Of a stretch of 64,000 bases of DNA, positions 11,679-24,853 are shown in pieces. The notes below the pieces were generated by a model. The model was not told the origin of the DNA, made no database searches, and saw only the letters and a list, made by a program, of their open reading frames with translations. Positions within the stretch are counted from its first letter, which is position 1. Each line of letters opens with the position of its first letter. The translations under genes were made by a program, and so were the position numbers. Source of the DNA: Azolla caroliniana (Eukaryota; Plantae; Polypodiophyta); NCBI GenBank assembly GCA_043228905.1, contig JBHGNT010000014.1, positions 20,398,001 through 20,462,000 on the forward strand, read 5' to 3'.

Positions 11679-14600
11679 CTATGCGGATAGAGATGAATCC
11701 ACTAATGGGATTAGGCCTAAAGCTTTGCGGAAAGCTTCAAACTTCTTCCTAGGCAGAGCCTTTGTGAAGAGGTCTGCAATTTTCTCCTGCGTGGGCACAT
11801 AAGCCAAACTGATCTCTCCAGCGGAGAACCTTTCCCTGACATAGTGATAATGCACCTCGATGTGCTTAGTGTGAGCATGGAACACAGGGTTCCTCGCAAC
11901 TGCCATTGCGCTTTGATTGTCATTGAAGATGGTGGTGGCAGAAGATTGACCAACACCCAAATCAGCTAAAAGGCGTCTGAGCCACACACACTCAATTGTA
12001 GATGTGAAAGCTGCCCTATACTCAGCCTCACAACTAGAAGTGGCCACAATAGGCTGCTTCTTGCTCAACCAAGATATGCATGAGCTACCAAGCATGAAGC
12101 AAAAACCACTTGTGGACACACGAGTGTCATAACAACCAACCCAATCAGAGTCAGAAAAAGCATGCAGGTCTGGCGGTAGTGATCCCCCCTTGGGATAAAA
12201 CAACCCAAGTGACTGGGTACCACTCAAGTAGCGAAAGATGCGCTTAACTGTCTGCCAATGCTTAACTCCTGGGCAATGCATAAACCTGCTCATCTGAGAG
12301 ACAACAAACTGAATGTCAGGTCGGGTTATGCATAAGTAAATCAAGCATCCAACTGCTTGCTGATAGAGAACAACATCAAATGCATCTCCAGCATCATGAA
12401 GGCTCAAACGTAAACCTGTTTCCATGGGAGTGGCAATAGGTTTATAGTCTTCAAGGCCAAAACGCTGTAATAATGTGTCAATGTATTTCGATTGACACAA
12501 CGCTATTCCACCATCAACTTGCATAAATTGAATGCCCAAATAATGATGCAAATGCCCCAAATTTGACATCTCAAAAGAGGCATGCAAATCAGCCTTAAAG
12601 TCAGCAATATGCTTCTCATTGGGACCAGTGAGCAACATATCATCGACATACACAACCATGATCAGAAATACATCATCAACATGCTTTACATATAAGGTGC
12701 TTTCAGTTGGACTATTCTCAAACCCAAATGCAATCAAATAGGCATGTATCTTTTCATACCAAGAACGTGGTGCTTGCTTCAAGCCATATAATGCCTTTCG
12801 CAACCTGCACAAAACCACGGGGCTGGGATACATACACTTCCTCATGAAGATCACCATTTAAAAATGCTGTTTTAATGTCCAATTGATGTACATTCCAACC
12901 ACGATGAGCTGCAATTGCACAGATGTTACGAATAGTAGTCATACGGCAGGTGGGAGCAAAGGTCTCATCAAAATCAATGCCTTTTTCTTGGGCATAACCT
13001 TTCACAACAAGCCTGGCCTTATACCTGTCAATTGTTCCATAAGGTTTACGCTTTAGCTTATATACCCACTTAGTGCCAATAGCCTTCCTTCCAGGAGGCA
13101 AGTCACATAAAGACCATGTACCAGTCTTCATAATAGCCTCATATTTTGATTGCATAACAACCATCCAATTTTCTGAATTTTTGCTTCATCAAAAGAAATA
13201 GGCTCATTCTCATCGCAAAGACTAGAGGCAGCCATAGCATAACAATCTGATGCAAAAGAAGCACTATGATAACCTGAACGAGTATGATATGACAAAGGAA
13301 AATCCAATTTACTGTCTTGCAAAGTCTGCAACAACCATTTAGGTACAATCTTTGCCTCCTCTATATCAACCCTCTCATTAATAAGTGCATCATGTAAGTC
13401 TGCATCAGAAATAGAATGATCTGCATAAAAAATGGAATGATTTGCATCATTATGAGTAGCTTCCAAAGGCTGAGAAGGTGCCTCAAGTGGGTCAACACTT
13501 AATTGTCCAGTTGTAAACAGAGGCAACAAAGTGTCATACACATCTTTGGAGCTAATTGATGTCTCCTTCGTACATGAAAGAAGTGGCTGAATTGCATCCT
13601 CCACAAAACATCACAGCTAACCAAAATGCGTTTAGATTATGGATGATACAGACGATAGCCTTTACTTTCAGAACTATATCCTACAAAAATACATTTCACT
13701 GCGTTATCATCCAATTTTTTGCGTTTTTGTTTAGGCACTAATGCATATGTCAAACAACCAAAAACACGCAGATGAGCAATGGATGGCTTTTGGCCATGCC
13801 AAGCTTCATATGGAGTGATAGAGTGCAGTGCTTTAGTGGGACATATGTTGCACACATGACAGCCTCAAGCTAGAAACTATGCGGTAAGGCTTGACTTTTC
13901 ACCATACACCTCGCCATTTCCATGAGTGACATGTTCTTTCTTTCAACAACTCCATTTTGTTGAGGTGTATACGGCACTATAAACTGATGTTTTATCCCAC
14001 GTTTAGCCAGAAATGCATTAAACTCAGAAGACATATACTCCCCCCCTCGATCAGAACGGAGGGTGCCCATTTTACATGATGACAAATTCTCAGCCAAAGC
14101 TAGAAATTGTTTGAAGCACAGAAAAACTTCGGACTTTGCCTTCAATGGATATACCCATGCATGCCTAGAAAAGTCATCAATGAAAGTCACAAAATAAAGA
14201 TACTTCCCAAGAGAATGTGTTTGCATAGGACCACCGACATCGCTATGAACAAGCTGCAATTTTTGCGTAGCTCGAACTGAACCATCTTGTGGAAAGGATG
14301 AAAGGTGCATTTTGCCCAAAATGCCGCCTTCACAAACATGCTTCCGAGGTGCCTCAAGTTTGGGCAAGGAGGACACCATTTCAGATTTCTGCAGGTGAAA
14401 CAAACTTGCAAAATTCAGATGACCGAAGCGTGCATGCCAAATCTTTGCATCTGAAATAGCCTGAGAATCTTGTATTGCACAGGTTGAATCATTGATAGAT
14501 CTTTCATAATCTATGAGCTTATACAACCCACGACATAAAATGCTAGAAGCAATAATAACATCCCCATTGGACAGATCATGAACTATACACCTGTCATCAA

Positions 14601-15904
14601 CAAATTTAACAACCAAGCCAACCTTGGCTAATGTTGCAATTGACAACATATTTTTCTTGATCCCTGGCACAAACAAAGCATCTGACAAGATGAAAGGACT
14701 ACCATCAACAGTAGTCAAAATGATCTTACCAACACCCATAACTGGATAAGATGAGTTGTTGGCACATGTGACAATATTCCCTGTAGGGGCAGGCTCCAAT
14801 GAAGTGAAGAAATTGCGCTGCGAGGTAATATGTTTGGTTGCCCCAATGTCGAAGTACCAAACATCTGATTGTACAATAGACATACATTGTTCAAGTGAAG
14901 ATGGGTCAAAACTACAAACAATAGTAAATTCCCATTCTTCATTCTGCACAAGATTTGCAAACTCTGTTTTTGGTGCAAAAACTTATGCAACAACGAGTCC
15001 TGCCTCTTTTTTCTTTGCCTCTTTTGCAACCAAATTTGGACAGTTCTTTATAATATGATCAATTCCTTTACAATATTTGCAAAATAGTTTTTGTTCCTGC
15101 TCTTGTTTTTTTTCATTCACTTGTGAATTATTAGCAAATCTTTGCTTGCTAGCAGAAGAGTTCCATTTACCTTTGCCCTTCTGACTAGCTAGGAAAGCTT
15201 GATCTGCAACACGCATAATAGACCTGTTTTGCCTAGACTGATCTTCTTGTAACAAAACAAAGGCTAGCTCCTCGAATGATAAGGCATTGGGATTGCCTTT
15301 CATCATTAAACGAAGAGTAGAAACAAAACTCTGATATGAATCAGGAAGACCATTTAGAATGGTCTGCACAAGTGAACTATCTGGTATCATTTCATTAGCA
15401 GAAATTAATTGTTCCTTGAAATCTTTGATTTTTGTAAGAAAACAGTCCATAGAATCCCCTTCATTTCATGTGCTCGCTCTCCAATTGTTTTCGGAGATAA
15501 GCAACACGAGCCTCATTTCTTGCTTGGTACAAAGTGGTAAGAGTATCCCAAGCATCCTTTGCTATCTTGCAAGAGCGAATATGGGGACTAATGGCATGTT
15601 TCACAGACAAAGCTATCAAAGCATGTGCCTGAGCATCTCTGCCATCCCAACGAAGTTGCTCTACAGTTGGTACAACAGAAACTATAGCATGGGCGTGAGT
15701 AGGATGATCAACATCCTCGACAGAATCAGTACCATTAGCATTTGTGTTCTCAACAACAGGACGTTTTTCAGCCCCTTGAACCACATTCCATAACCCCTTT
15801 ACTACTAATACATGGCGTATCATATAAGCCCAAAGAGGGTAATTTGTTCCATCTAGTTTATCCTCAACAGCAAGTATCCGAAATACATTATTGCTCTCAG
15901 CCAT
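11679..15904 (-). pseudogene. Copia gag-pol polyprotein broken into at least 7 ORFs
   Basis: KLDGTNYPLW gag N-terminus; zinc knuckle CKYCKGIDHIIKNC; protease WYFDIGATKH; WHARFGHLN; integrase LVHSDVGGP/SDRGGEY/QQNGVVERKN; RT YKARLV, QLDIKTAFLNG and YVDDML; RNase H AFSDSDW/SSCEAEY/KHIEVHYH/ADLFTKAL. Confidence 0.95.
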
Positions 15905-16242
15905 GGCCGTGGACTGAACACGTTTTGATACAAAAAATGGACTGCTGAAGGGAATAACGTACCTCTTTGACTTGAAAGATGAACAAGTGAAGAGAAAAGG
16001 GAAGCAAATTTGATTTTTGAGGGTTATAGGAATGTCTTGGAAGACTCAAGAAGGCTTTTTCTAGGATTGAATCAACTTGGAAGCAAAAAAAAAAAACACA
16101 ACTGAAACTGCTTAGAGGAAGAAAACACGCAGAAATTGGTTTTTTCAATAGCAGAAAAATGCCACCACAGATGGCACAGACGGACTGCGTATGAGAGCCG
16201 TTGCTTTGCTACTCAAATATCGCTTTTTGGCTCTGATACCAC

Positions 16243-16394
16243 TGTTGGGTTCTTGCTTTGAATCCCAAAAAGTTGCACCACTTTAGGGTTCTAAGAGTAT
16301 TTTTAGACAAGGGGAAAAAACCTCCTAAAGAGGGAAAAAATGCCCTTGTAGTCCTAAGTGTGTTCACACACATCACTACCAAAATATGTCAACA
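16243..16394 (-). repeat. 5' LTR of the copia element (152 bp)
   Basis: TG...CA termini, directly followed on the minus strand by the PBS. Carries a single copy of the 27-bp unit. Confidence 0.93.
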
Positions 16395-16582
16395 TGATTG
16401 TGTTTCTCCCTTGATTAGCAATTTGTTTGGGGGCTCTACACATGAGATTTAACTTTAGGCTTGGCCACAATCCTTTCTTGGAATTAGTACGATCTTCGTT
16501 GTGATGTTTTTCATGACCATCATGTTTCTCCTAATTCTAATAATAATCAGTGATACGAGAAAATTTTCAGTGATCTATTTTC

Positions 16583-18114
16583 AGTGCATTGGTATACATG
16601 TAGTTGGGACATGGTGAAGCTCACACTGTCTTAATGTGAAGAAATGGTCTTTATAACATGTTAACTTCTTACAATAGCTCTTAAGCAACACAAATACAAA
16701 TGGATTTCATTTATGATATTTTAAGTAGTGTTTGGATGAATAGTTAAGAAGAAAAGAAGAAGACGAAGAAGAAGAGAAACTAAAAAACACACAAAAAGAG
16801 ACGTGTCTCTTCTCTTTGGGGCTCCCCTATCGGTATCTTCCCTTCGTCTTTCTTTCATTCTTCCCTTCCCTCTTCCGTTTCCTTCCGTCTTCGAGGAGTT
16901 CTTCTGCCAACAACTAAGCACTTTCTTTCTTTCTTTCTGCAGTACGATTAGGGTTACGCGTAGGGCTTAGGTCTCAAAGTTTTAAGGTTAGGTTTTGTGT
17001 ACATGGTTATTTTTCTGCCTTAAATTTGCTTTTCCTCATCCTCTTTCCCCTCGATTCCGCTTCTGTTTTCCCTAAGCACTGCCATTTTTATTTAAACCAT
17101 GGTAAATTTCGTTGTTTTTTTCTTACCTGTGCAGATATGGCAATTCGTGGTTCCTCGTTTTTTGCATTTTCTCTTTTCCGTACGAGTTCACTTATGTGTT
17201 ATATCTTATTTCACATATATGGTTTAGAGTCTAGACATGTCACAAGTAGTAGAGTTTCACATTTATGTGCAGACAAGTTGTAATTAGTTTTTTCCCCGTT
17301 TTACTTGTGTTGATGTGGTGTAGATTAGCCACATTTAGGGTTTTATTATTATTATCTAAGGATATGATTACGAAAAATTCAAATAGAATTTTCTCATATC
17401 ACTGAAAATAGATCTCGTTGCTGTAATCAATGTTTTTTTCTTTTTAATTTAAAAATATTCTCATGGCATTTTGCGTGTAGAGAGAGAGATATTTGCCAAC
17501 ACTTTCATCTCTAAGAGCTCAATCAATAACCTTACTGAAAGATAGAAATTGGTTTTGAAAATAGAGAAATGTCCCTCTTCCTTATGTGAATGGTGTACGT
17601 AAAATGGATGTACGATGTGCATGTAAAATCACTCGCCTTTAAAAAGAAAAAAGAAAAAACAGATTAGCATCTCTAAAGAGGTCTAAATGGCCAATGGATG
17701 GACAACAAACTAAAAGCTGATCAACGTAATTAGGTTGTCATCAACTCACAATGATATAGGGATCATGTTGTGGATGATGCAATGCACAAACTAAATATAT
17801 ATATCGGAGAAGTAAAACATGAGAGGATCAGTCCATGAACACTCATAGGATGGTTGCATATGACATCAATTGTGAACCACATGTAGGGCTACTAGATCTG
17901 GAGCATGTCTATGTGACATGTTATCATTGAAGAATAGCACATTGAAGTGCATTGGTATACATGTAGTTGGGACATGGTAAAGCTCACACTGTCTTAATGT
18001 GAAGAAATGGTCTTTATAACATGTTAACTTCTTACAATAGCTCTTAAGCCACACAAATACAAATGGATTTCATTTATGATATTTTAAGTAGTGTTTAGAT
18101 GAATAGTTAAGAAG
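16583..18114 (+). repeat. 169-bp direct repeat pair (16583-16751 and 17946-18114)
   Basis: AGTGCATTGGTATACATGTAG...GAATAGTTAAGAAG occurs twice with about 3 mismatches. Confidence 0.9.
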
Positions 18115-19649
18115 GGTTCGGGTAATGAATCTAAGGCAGTTTTGTGTCGAGGTAATTATTGCGAGTATGACATGGAGTAGTTCATTGAGTAGGTTCATGA
18201 TGCACAAAAAGCAAGTGGTTCGGGCTCTAGCTATTGTTAAATAATCCTCCTTGGATAACTTATCTTATCCGAAAGTAGCTATAATAGCGTGACGTCCCTT
18301 AAAACTATTTTACTTGATGCATTATGCTACACACTTGTTGATCTATAATGGAACCATGCAACATGAATGAAATCATCTCCTTGGGTCTAGCAAAGTGGCT
18401 TTGTTAGTCTCTACACAATCAAAGGAAGGAATAGGAGAGATGTTGGGCATGAAATCTAGACCCAAGCAATATCCATGTACAATGAGCTTCTTTTTGGCAT
18501 ATTTTTTTTTCTTTCTCTAGAGGATGGCAACATTGAAATTGTTTCCATTTGAGAAATTGTGTTTAAGAGTGATTATTGGTTGTGCGTATATTATCCTTAT
18601 GATGTTGAGCTTTGTAATGTCTTGTAGGGGTATAATGAAAATATTTTAACCTTAGCATGGGAATTTGGAAATGACCTATGATTATGTTATTGTAGCATTG
18701 GAAACCTCCTATGATATTTCTTGTGTTTGAATCATTGCAAGGTTTGTTGTTTGCCTAGCTTGCTTAATGCAGGTGTACATGTTAGGAAGGTTTCTTTTGG
18801 GAGTTTTTTGAGTTTCTATGATTCTACAATGTAGGCATAATCCCCCATGATATTGGATTTTGTCATTCTTCTTTATCTCTAAGTTGTGTGGATAAATTTG
18901 TTTTTGCGTGAGAACATGTTTCCTTGTTACTCCTATTGTACTTGGACATCATCCTTGGTTTCACCACAATCGCCTGAATTTCACACAGTTCGGCTTTGTT
19001 AGTGGGAACTATTTTGACCACATCCTGGTTTTGACGTATAGTTTTTTTTGCTTATGTACCTCCACTTGGTTACATATGTTGGTGTCCAGACATGCCGCTT
19101 GTGTTGTGCATGCCACACTTATAGGGGGTAGTTTCTAGATCATTGGTTTCTTCAATGTACCCTACTCCTTCATGAACCTTCCCTACTTTTTGGAGAGGGG
19201 GTGGGAATCTTGGGAGTAAAAATCGCATGAATCTAATATAATGAATGCTAGTAGAAATATAAAAAGGGGTATCCAAACCAAGTCGTTAACCCTATGTATG
19301 TGTGACAACTTGTACATGTGATGTGAAGAAAGAAATAAGGAAAGATGTATTAATGTCTTTTAAGAGGCCAAATGGCCTATAAGACCAAACAAGAGATTAC
19401 ATGTTAAGTGTTGTCTTGTATTTGAGAATAGCAAAATAAATGGTACCGCGTAAAAAAAAGTGAAAAAGATTAAAGGTGACTAAAGAATCTCGTCATTGGT
19501 ACATGTAAGATTTTAAAGATGTATGTATGTATAAGATTTGTTAACATGTATGTATAAAATTTTATGCATAGTTTTTTGTTATCTTTTCTAACACGCCAGG
19601 CTTAAATGATCCCACCTCTGTGCTTTTTGTAGGTAAATAACTCGTGGAG

Positions 19650-20785
19650 ATGGATTCACAAGGTTTTTTTTTTCATCATTGTTAATATTCTCTTTAATGG
19701 ATCGCTTATTAAGAACATTAGATTAAGGATTCGACTATTTGAGTTACTAATTTAAGCCTTTATTTTGTTCAACTACATTTTCAACGTTAGGGCCGTTGCT
19801 ATCGACAAGCCGCGACAATATTCGAGGGCATTTAGAGACGGTGAACTATAACGTTTATTGTATAGAATCAAGGCCATTGGAGGGAAAGGAGTTGAAGGAT
19901 TCACCAGGTGAAAACAAAACCTTTTTGGTTGAATCTTTACTATAGAAGGTGTTAAATGACTTAATTAAAAGTGTAGAGGGCTTAAAGGCTATCGTAGAAA
20001 GTTTAGGGGCTGAGATAAAAGAACATAAATTAAAGAACAAAGAAGAAATTAGCCAAAAGATAGAAAGTTTAAAGAAGAACAAAAAAGAATTTAGCCAAAA
20101 GATAGAAAGTTTAGAGGCTAAGATAAAAGAACATAAAAGAACTACTACAAATTTGAAAGCAGAGATAGGAGAACATGAATTTATTATTACAAATTTGGAG
20201 GCTAAAGAAAAGAAACGTGATATCTACCAAAATATTAGTACGAGCCAATTGCTTTATGTTATGTCTTTAGTTTATAAATTAGAACAAAGCATTCATACTT
20301 TCACGAAGACACTAGCTAATAAGTTGTATAAAACATCTCCACAAGAGTATAAAACATTAGTTTTAAATAAAAAGAATAAAAAGAGAAATATTATATATGA
20401 CGACGTGCTCGCTCTAGAGAGTGATAGTGCGTGTAAAAAACTTTTAAATTCAATACAAAAAAACTTTGATAAGGAGCATGAAACTTATGAGAGAGTGGAT
20501 CTAGTGATAGTCATGCTAAAGCTTCGTGAGCTTAGGCAAAAAAGAAATAAGTTCTTTGTACATTTATTTGAAGAACAAAAAAATGAATCAAATTTAAAAG
20601 TAAAAGTTGAAATACTTTTAGATATAGAGAAGGATTTAGCTTAAAGAAACTTAAGTGAAGAGGTAAAAGAGGTAGATGGCTTCATTTTAATAGCCATAAA
20701 TAAGGAGAAGGCTGATATAGAAAAAACAAATAACAAAACTCTAGAGGAAATACTAGGAGGGTAGAACAAAAAAAGTGGAAAATGA
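19650..20785 (+). pseudogene. Orphan coiled-coil protein gene, probably disabled; possible C-terminal HEPN-like domain
   Basis: ATG exon 19650-19662, a GT..AG intron 19663-19790 and an in-frame second exon containing ORF 19949..20644. In-frame TAG (19943), TAA (20642) and TAG (20762) are each one C-to-T change from Gln. Heptad-like K/E repeats; LEQ at 20279 and RNKFFVH at 20543-20563. Confidence 0.55.
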
Positions 20786-21751
20786 AGAGAAAGAGGTCTT
20801 AAGATGAGATGAACAAACTATAGAAGAAGACAACTTCTAAGGTTATTGTACACCTCGAGTTGGATCCTTCCTCTCCTTTCTTTCTCTGTGCTGAATCTTC
20901 ATTGATGAGGTCAAGCTCTTAATGGTTATCCGATACTGCTGCTTCATTGAATATATCTCCTTCCTTACCATACATCTCTTGTTATCATTCTTTGCTTTTC
21001 TTATGAATTAGCTATGTTCGTTTTACCGTTATATTTATGTGATTACAAAATATGTCAGAGACATTTTTTGAACAAAAAAATTGCAAAACGACTGTAAGGG
21101 TTTTTTGGAGTTATCGTATGTGAAGTTAATTGATGGTTTTCCATACTCTTGTTTGTGAAGTTCTTTCCATTTTAAATCAATGGTTAAGAAAGTTTGCAAT
21201 GTTGGTTTTGTTTTATTATCATGGTCGCAAGTTTATTAAATTGTTGCGGGTCATTATCATTAGTCTTGTAATTCTCCTTATTGTTAGTATTAAAGATTTT
21301 GCGGGTTCTAGCTACAATACCCCTCTTCAAGTTGTAACTCTAGAATATTTCAAGTCAGTTTGACGATTGATGCTCTCTTAGTTGATTAGCTAGAAGATGT
21401 AAGCATGCAAATGTCCTTCTCTTTGTTTTATATTTATACATTCGGTTTGCAGTACACTAATCTGTGTTCAGTCAATGGTCAGCGAGGATTATTGACACTC
21501 CCGTTGTGTCGATGATGCACGTTTCCTAATCCTTCGATAGGAGAGCACCCCTTGTGGATAGACATACTAATTAAGTTCTGTATTCATCAATCTGATTCTA
21601 TTTTCTTGGTACTTGATTTTCTTAATTTTATCTTCTTTGGGATACTTAGTTGGAGCATTGTTATGGGTGTTGTTTTGCCATCATAACCAAGCAATGTAAA
21701 TCGACAACGTATAGTTTAGAAATTTAGGAGTTCATGTTTTTGGTGGTGATT

Positions 21752-22700
21752 TGTGTTTGTCATCCTTGACTATAATTAACTATTGATGCTTGTTTGTGTC
21801 TTGCATTGCTGCCAATCATCAATCACCCTTTGTAGTTGCTCATTCCATATGTTAATTGCGTGGCATATTTGTTGGTTTTATTTGGAGTTCTTACCTTCGT
21901 TATTTTCTTTTTATGGGTCGTTTAATTGGTATCTCTAATGATTGGACCAAAAATTTGTTGACATTAGAATAATAATAATAATAACTTGTTTGCCAAATAG
22001 ACAATCATTACAAAAACACGAATTGGCTTCTATCATGGGCCAAGGTTTGAAAAGTAGGTTGATATACACATGATTTCATATTCTCCACAATGTTGTGAAT
22101 GTGGGACCGGAGAAAATGCCAGTTGAATGTTTTTGGAGATCGCATTGCTCATTCACCATTCCACATGCAAAGATAAGTGATGGTGCTTGATGTTCTACTG
22201 AACCTGCTAAAGCAAGCTGTTGAAAACCCCTACTGAAATAGTAGAATTGAATATGAAGCAGGTGAAGAGAATCAAGGACATTGTGAAGAAATGTGAATCG
22301 GCATAAATTAATGCGCAAAAAAGTAATTTGAATTATGAAGTAAGTCTTTCATGTATCATATGCAAGATTCTTTTTGTTGATCCTTTTATTGGATATAGAT
22401 GTGTGTTTGTCATCATTGACTATAATTAACTATTGATGCTTGTTTGTGTCGTGCATTGTTGCCAATCATCAATCACCCTTTGTAGTTGCTCATTCCATAT
22501 GTTAATTGCGTGACATATTTGTTAGTTTTATTTGGAGTTCTTACCTTCTTTATTTTCTTTTTATGGGTCGTTTAATTGGTACCTCTAATGATTGGACCAA
22601 AAATGTGTTGTTATTAGAATAATAATAATAATTTCTCACTTGTTTGCCAAATAGACAATCATTACAAAAACACGAATCGGCTTCTATCGCGGGCCAAGGT
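21752..22700 (+). repeat. ~295-bp direct repeat pair (21752-22046 and 22402-22700)
   Basis: TGTGTTTGTCATC..TGACTATAATTAAC...GGGCCAAGGT occurs twice, 650 bp apart. Confidence 0.9.
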
Positions 22701-23029
22701 GTGTTCCTTTGGCATATAGAAGATGTGGTGTGCGTTCTCTTGTCTTCACTATCACCATAATGGCATTCCCGTTAATAAATAAAAAAAACCCGGATTTCCA
22801 TTCATGTCAACGGATTCTGGAGCTCAAAAAAAATGGCAAAAAACCAATGACCTTTGTTCTCAATACGGTTGGCCAATTTCTCCTATCAACCCCAATGTCA
22901 AGGTGGTTCTAGAAAAATAATGAGATCTTAACAACAAATTGATTGGGTATTCATAAGATGATTGTATTTCTCTGTATGCCCATGATGCTTATTTTTTTCC
23001 AAATGCCCCTCCATGATTCACTTGCTCGC

Positions 23030-23259
23030 TTTTCCTTATTTCCCGAAATGCCCCTTGTTATTATTTGTTTTTATCTCAAATGCCATTAGTTAGAGGGAGT
23101 GATGTCCCTAAATGTCCATTTTTAGATTATTTTTAGTTAGAGGATGGGGATGAATTGAATGCATATAACTCAGGTACCACAAAAAATCTTTCGTGTGTCA
23201 ACCAAGGGCATTCATAATAATATATGAAAATTAAAGGGCAGTTGGGGAAATAAAGAAAA
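23030..23259. mobile_element. Degenerate MULE-MITE-like inverted repeat
   Basis: TTTTCCTTATTTCCCGAAATGCCCCTT versus AAAGGGCAGTTGGGGAAATAAAGAAAA form an imperfect reverse-complement pair. No TSD found. Confidence 0.4.
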
Positions 23260-24417
23260 ATTCAAACATTTTTCCTTCATGTGTGTATATAATAAATGTT
23301 TGGAAATTTCTTCACACTTCTAGTACTATTTTAAAAATTCCCTAACTACCTGTCTTTTTCAGACTCCTTGAAATACTAGCATTTTACATATGATTTTTGC
23401 CATCTCTCTTTCACTATGATTTCCTTGTGCTATGCCGAGGATTTTGAAAGGTGATGGCTATTGGGAAATTGGAAGCACATTTTCCTAAAACCTATGGCTA
23501 TTTTGTAAAAACTTTGTAGGTTTGTATGTGATAATATATTTGATGTGTTACATGATAATCAACCACCATTTGTTCAATATCCTCAAACTAAAATCGCTTG
23601 CAAACTTTTGAAACTTATACCAAACTAGAAATCTAGAAACCATTAATCCATGGTTTCCAATTTTAGTTTTATCAACACGAACCGAATGAATGGCAAATTT
23701 ACACTCAAGTTTTCAGACCTACCTTTCTTCATTAATAAACACTTAAGTTCTCTAAAGTTTATACTATTTGTTTATATATCTAATAAATATTTCAAAAATG
23801 TTGTCTTAAAATAAAGTCTCAAATTGAATCAACCTAGACCGTTTAACCTCAAACCATTTATAAATTTCTACATTTGAATTGGAGTGGCTAATCCATCAAG
23901 TCATGATTTTGTTGTTGGTTCAATCCAAAGTTTCCCCATCTTTACAGTACTCTATGTTGCCATCTAAATTCATAAAGGATATTTTGTTTTCATGTTTTTA
24001 CATTTAAAATATGAAAAACAAACTTATCATGCATCACTAGTTAGGCCTAGGTATTATCATAAAAGTGTCTAAGAGACAATTGTATTTCAAGTAGCTAAAT
24101 GAATGGAGTGAAAGGTTAACGTCACACATACATTGTCATGGACATGAACATAATTGGAAAGTAGGAGATAAGATAAAGGAGATGTTACTAATGACTTCAT
24201 GATTCAACAATAAGGATGTGATGATCCTTTCCATGCATTTTGGTCTCCAGCACATTCAAAAATATGCATACATAGAATATGTATTGAAAATAAGAGTGGC
24301 CATAAAAAAAGGATATGAACAAGAACATTTAAAGGGTGTTAACTTTTAACATTTGAGCATAAAATATATATATTCAAATATTGGCTCAAAAGCCAACCAA
24401 TTCGAAAAGTTATGGAT

Positions 24418-24598
24418 GTAGCACAATTGGTAATGTTGCCCCATGTGGTCATGGGTTCAACCCCTACATTCCACAGTGGCATCTAGTGAAATAGAGATGT
24501 ATATGAAACATATAATAGAGAGGTGAGGAAATTGGGTTTCGAACCCAAGACACAATGCTTCTAGTGTTATCAACTTACCACTACAGTAAGCTAATTAC
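24418..24598. mobile_element. Short dispersed element with two convergent tRNA-like (A-box/B-box) heads; second copy at ~60232-60390
   Basis: Plus strand: GTAGCACAATTGGTAA...GGGTTCAACCCC. Minus strand from the other end: TAGCTTACTGTAGTGGTAAG...GGGTTCGAAACCC. A colinear diverged copy lies near 60232-60390. Confidence 0.6.
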
Positions 24599-24733
24599 AC
24601 TAAAAAAGAGAGAGATCATGACACCCTTGATAGAGTCTCAAAACTAAAAACTAAAAGACGGTAAGCTAATTACACTAAAAAAGAGAGAGATCATGACACC
24701 CTTGACAGAGTCTCAAAACTAAAACTAAAAGAC
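24586..24733. repeat. Near-perfect 75-bp tandem duplication
   Basis: GTAAGCTAATTACACTAAAAAAGAGAGAGATCATGACACCCTTGA...AAAAGAC starts at 24586 and 24661. Confidence 0.9.
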
Positions 24734-24853
24734 AAACTAGATCAAACAAAATTCTTTCTATTAAAACAAAGTATTGAACCTATTTGATTGGTTCACTTAT
24801 TTCACCTGTTCCAAAAAGAAAACGTGGAGAGACGTAGTGATTATAGCATACGT

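Larger units (their letters stand above)
11360..16394 (-). mobile_element. Ty1/copia LTR retrotransposon, near full length (5035 bp), non-functional
   Basis: Both LTRs are TGTTG...CAACA. PBS TGGTATCAGAGC (tRNA-iMet) at 16241-16230 and PPT-like CCCAAGGGGGATT next to the 3' LTR. Domain order is gag-PR-IN-RT-RH. Flanks CTTTT and TGATT do not form a TSD. Confidence 0.96.

Noticed and set aside
18421-19080. Possible PPT (AAAGGAAGGAATAGGAGAGA) followed by a TGTTG LTR start
   Set aside because: No partner LTR, definable end or clear pol motif.
19908-19945. Small intron that would remove the TAG at 19943
   Set aside because: It would be only 38 nt, and splicing it would shift the frame.
24418-24470. 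Functional tRNA gene
   Set aside because: Only A/B-box-like motifs are present; the anticodon arm and acceptor stem cannot be formed.
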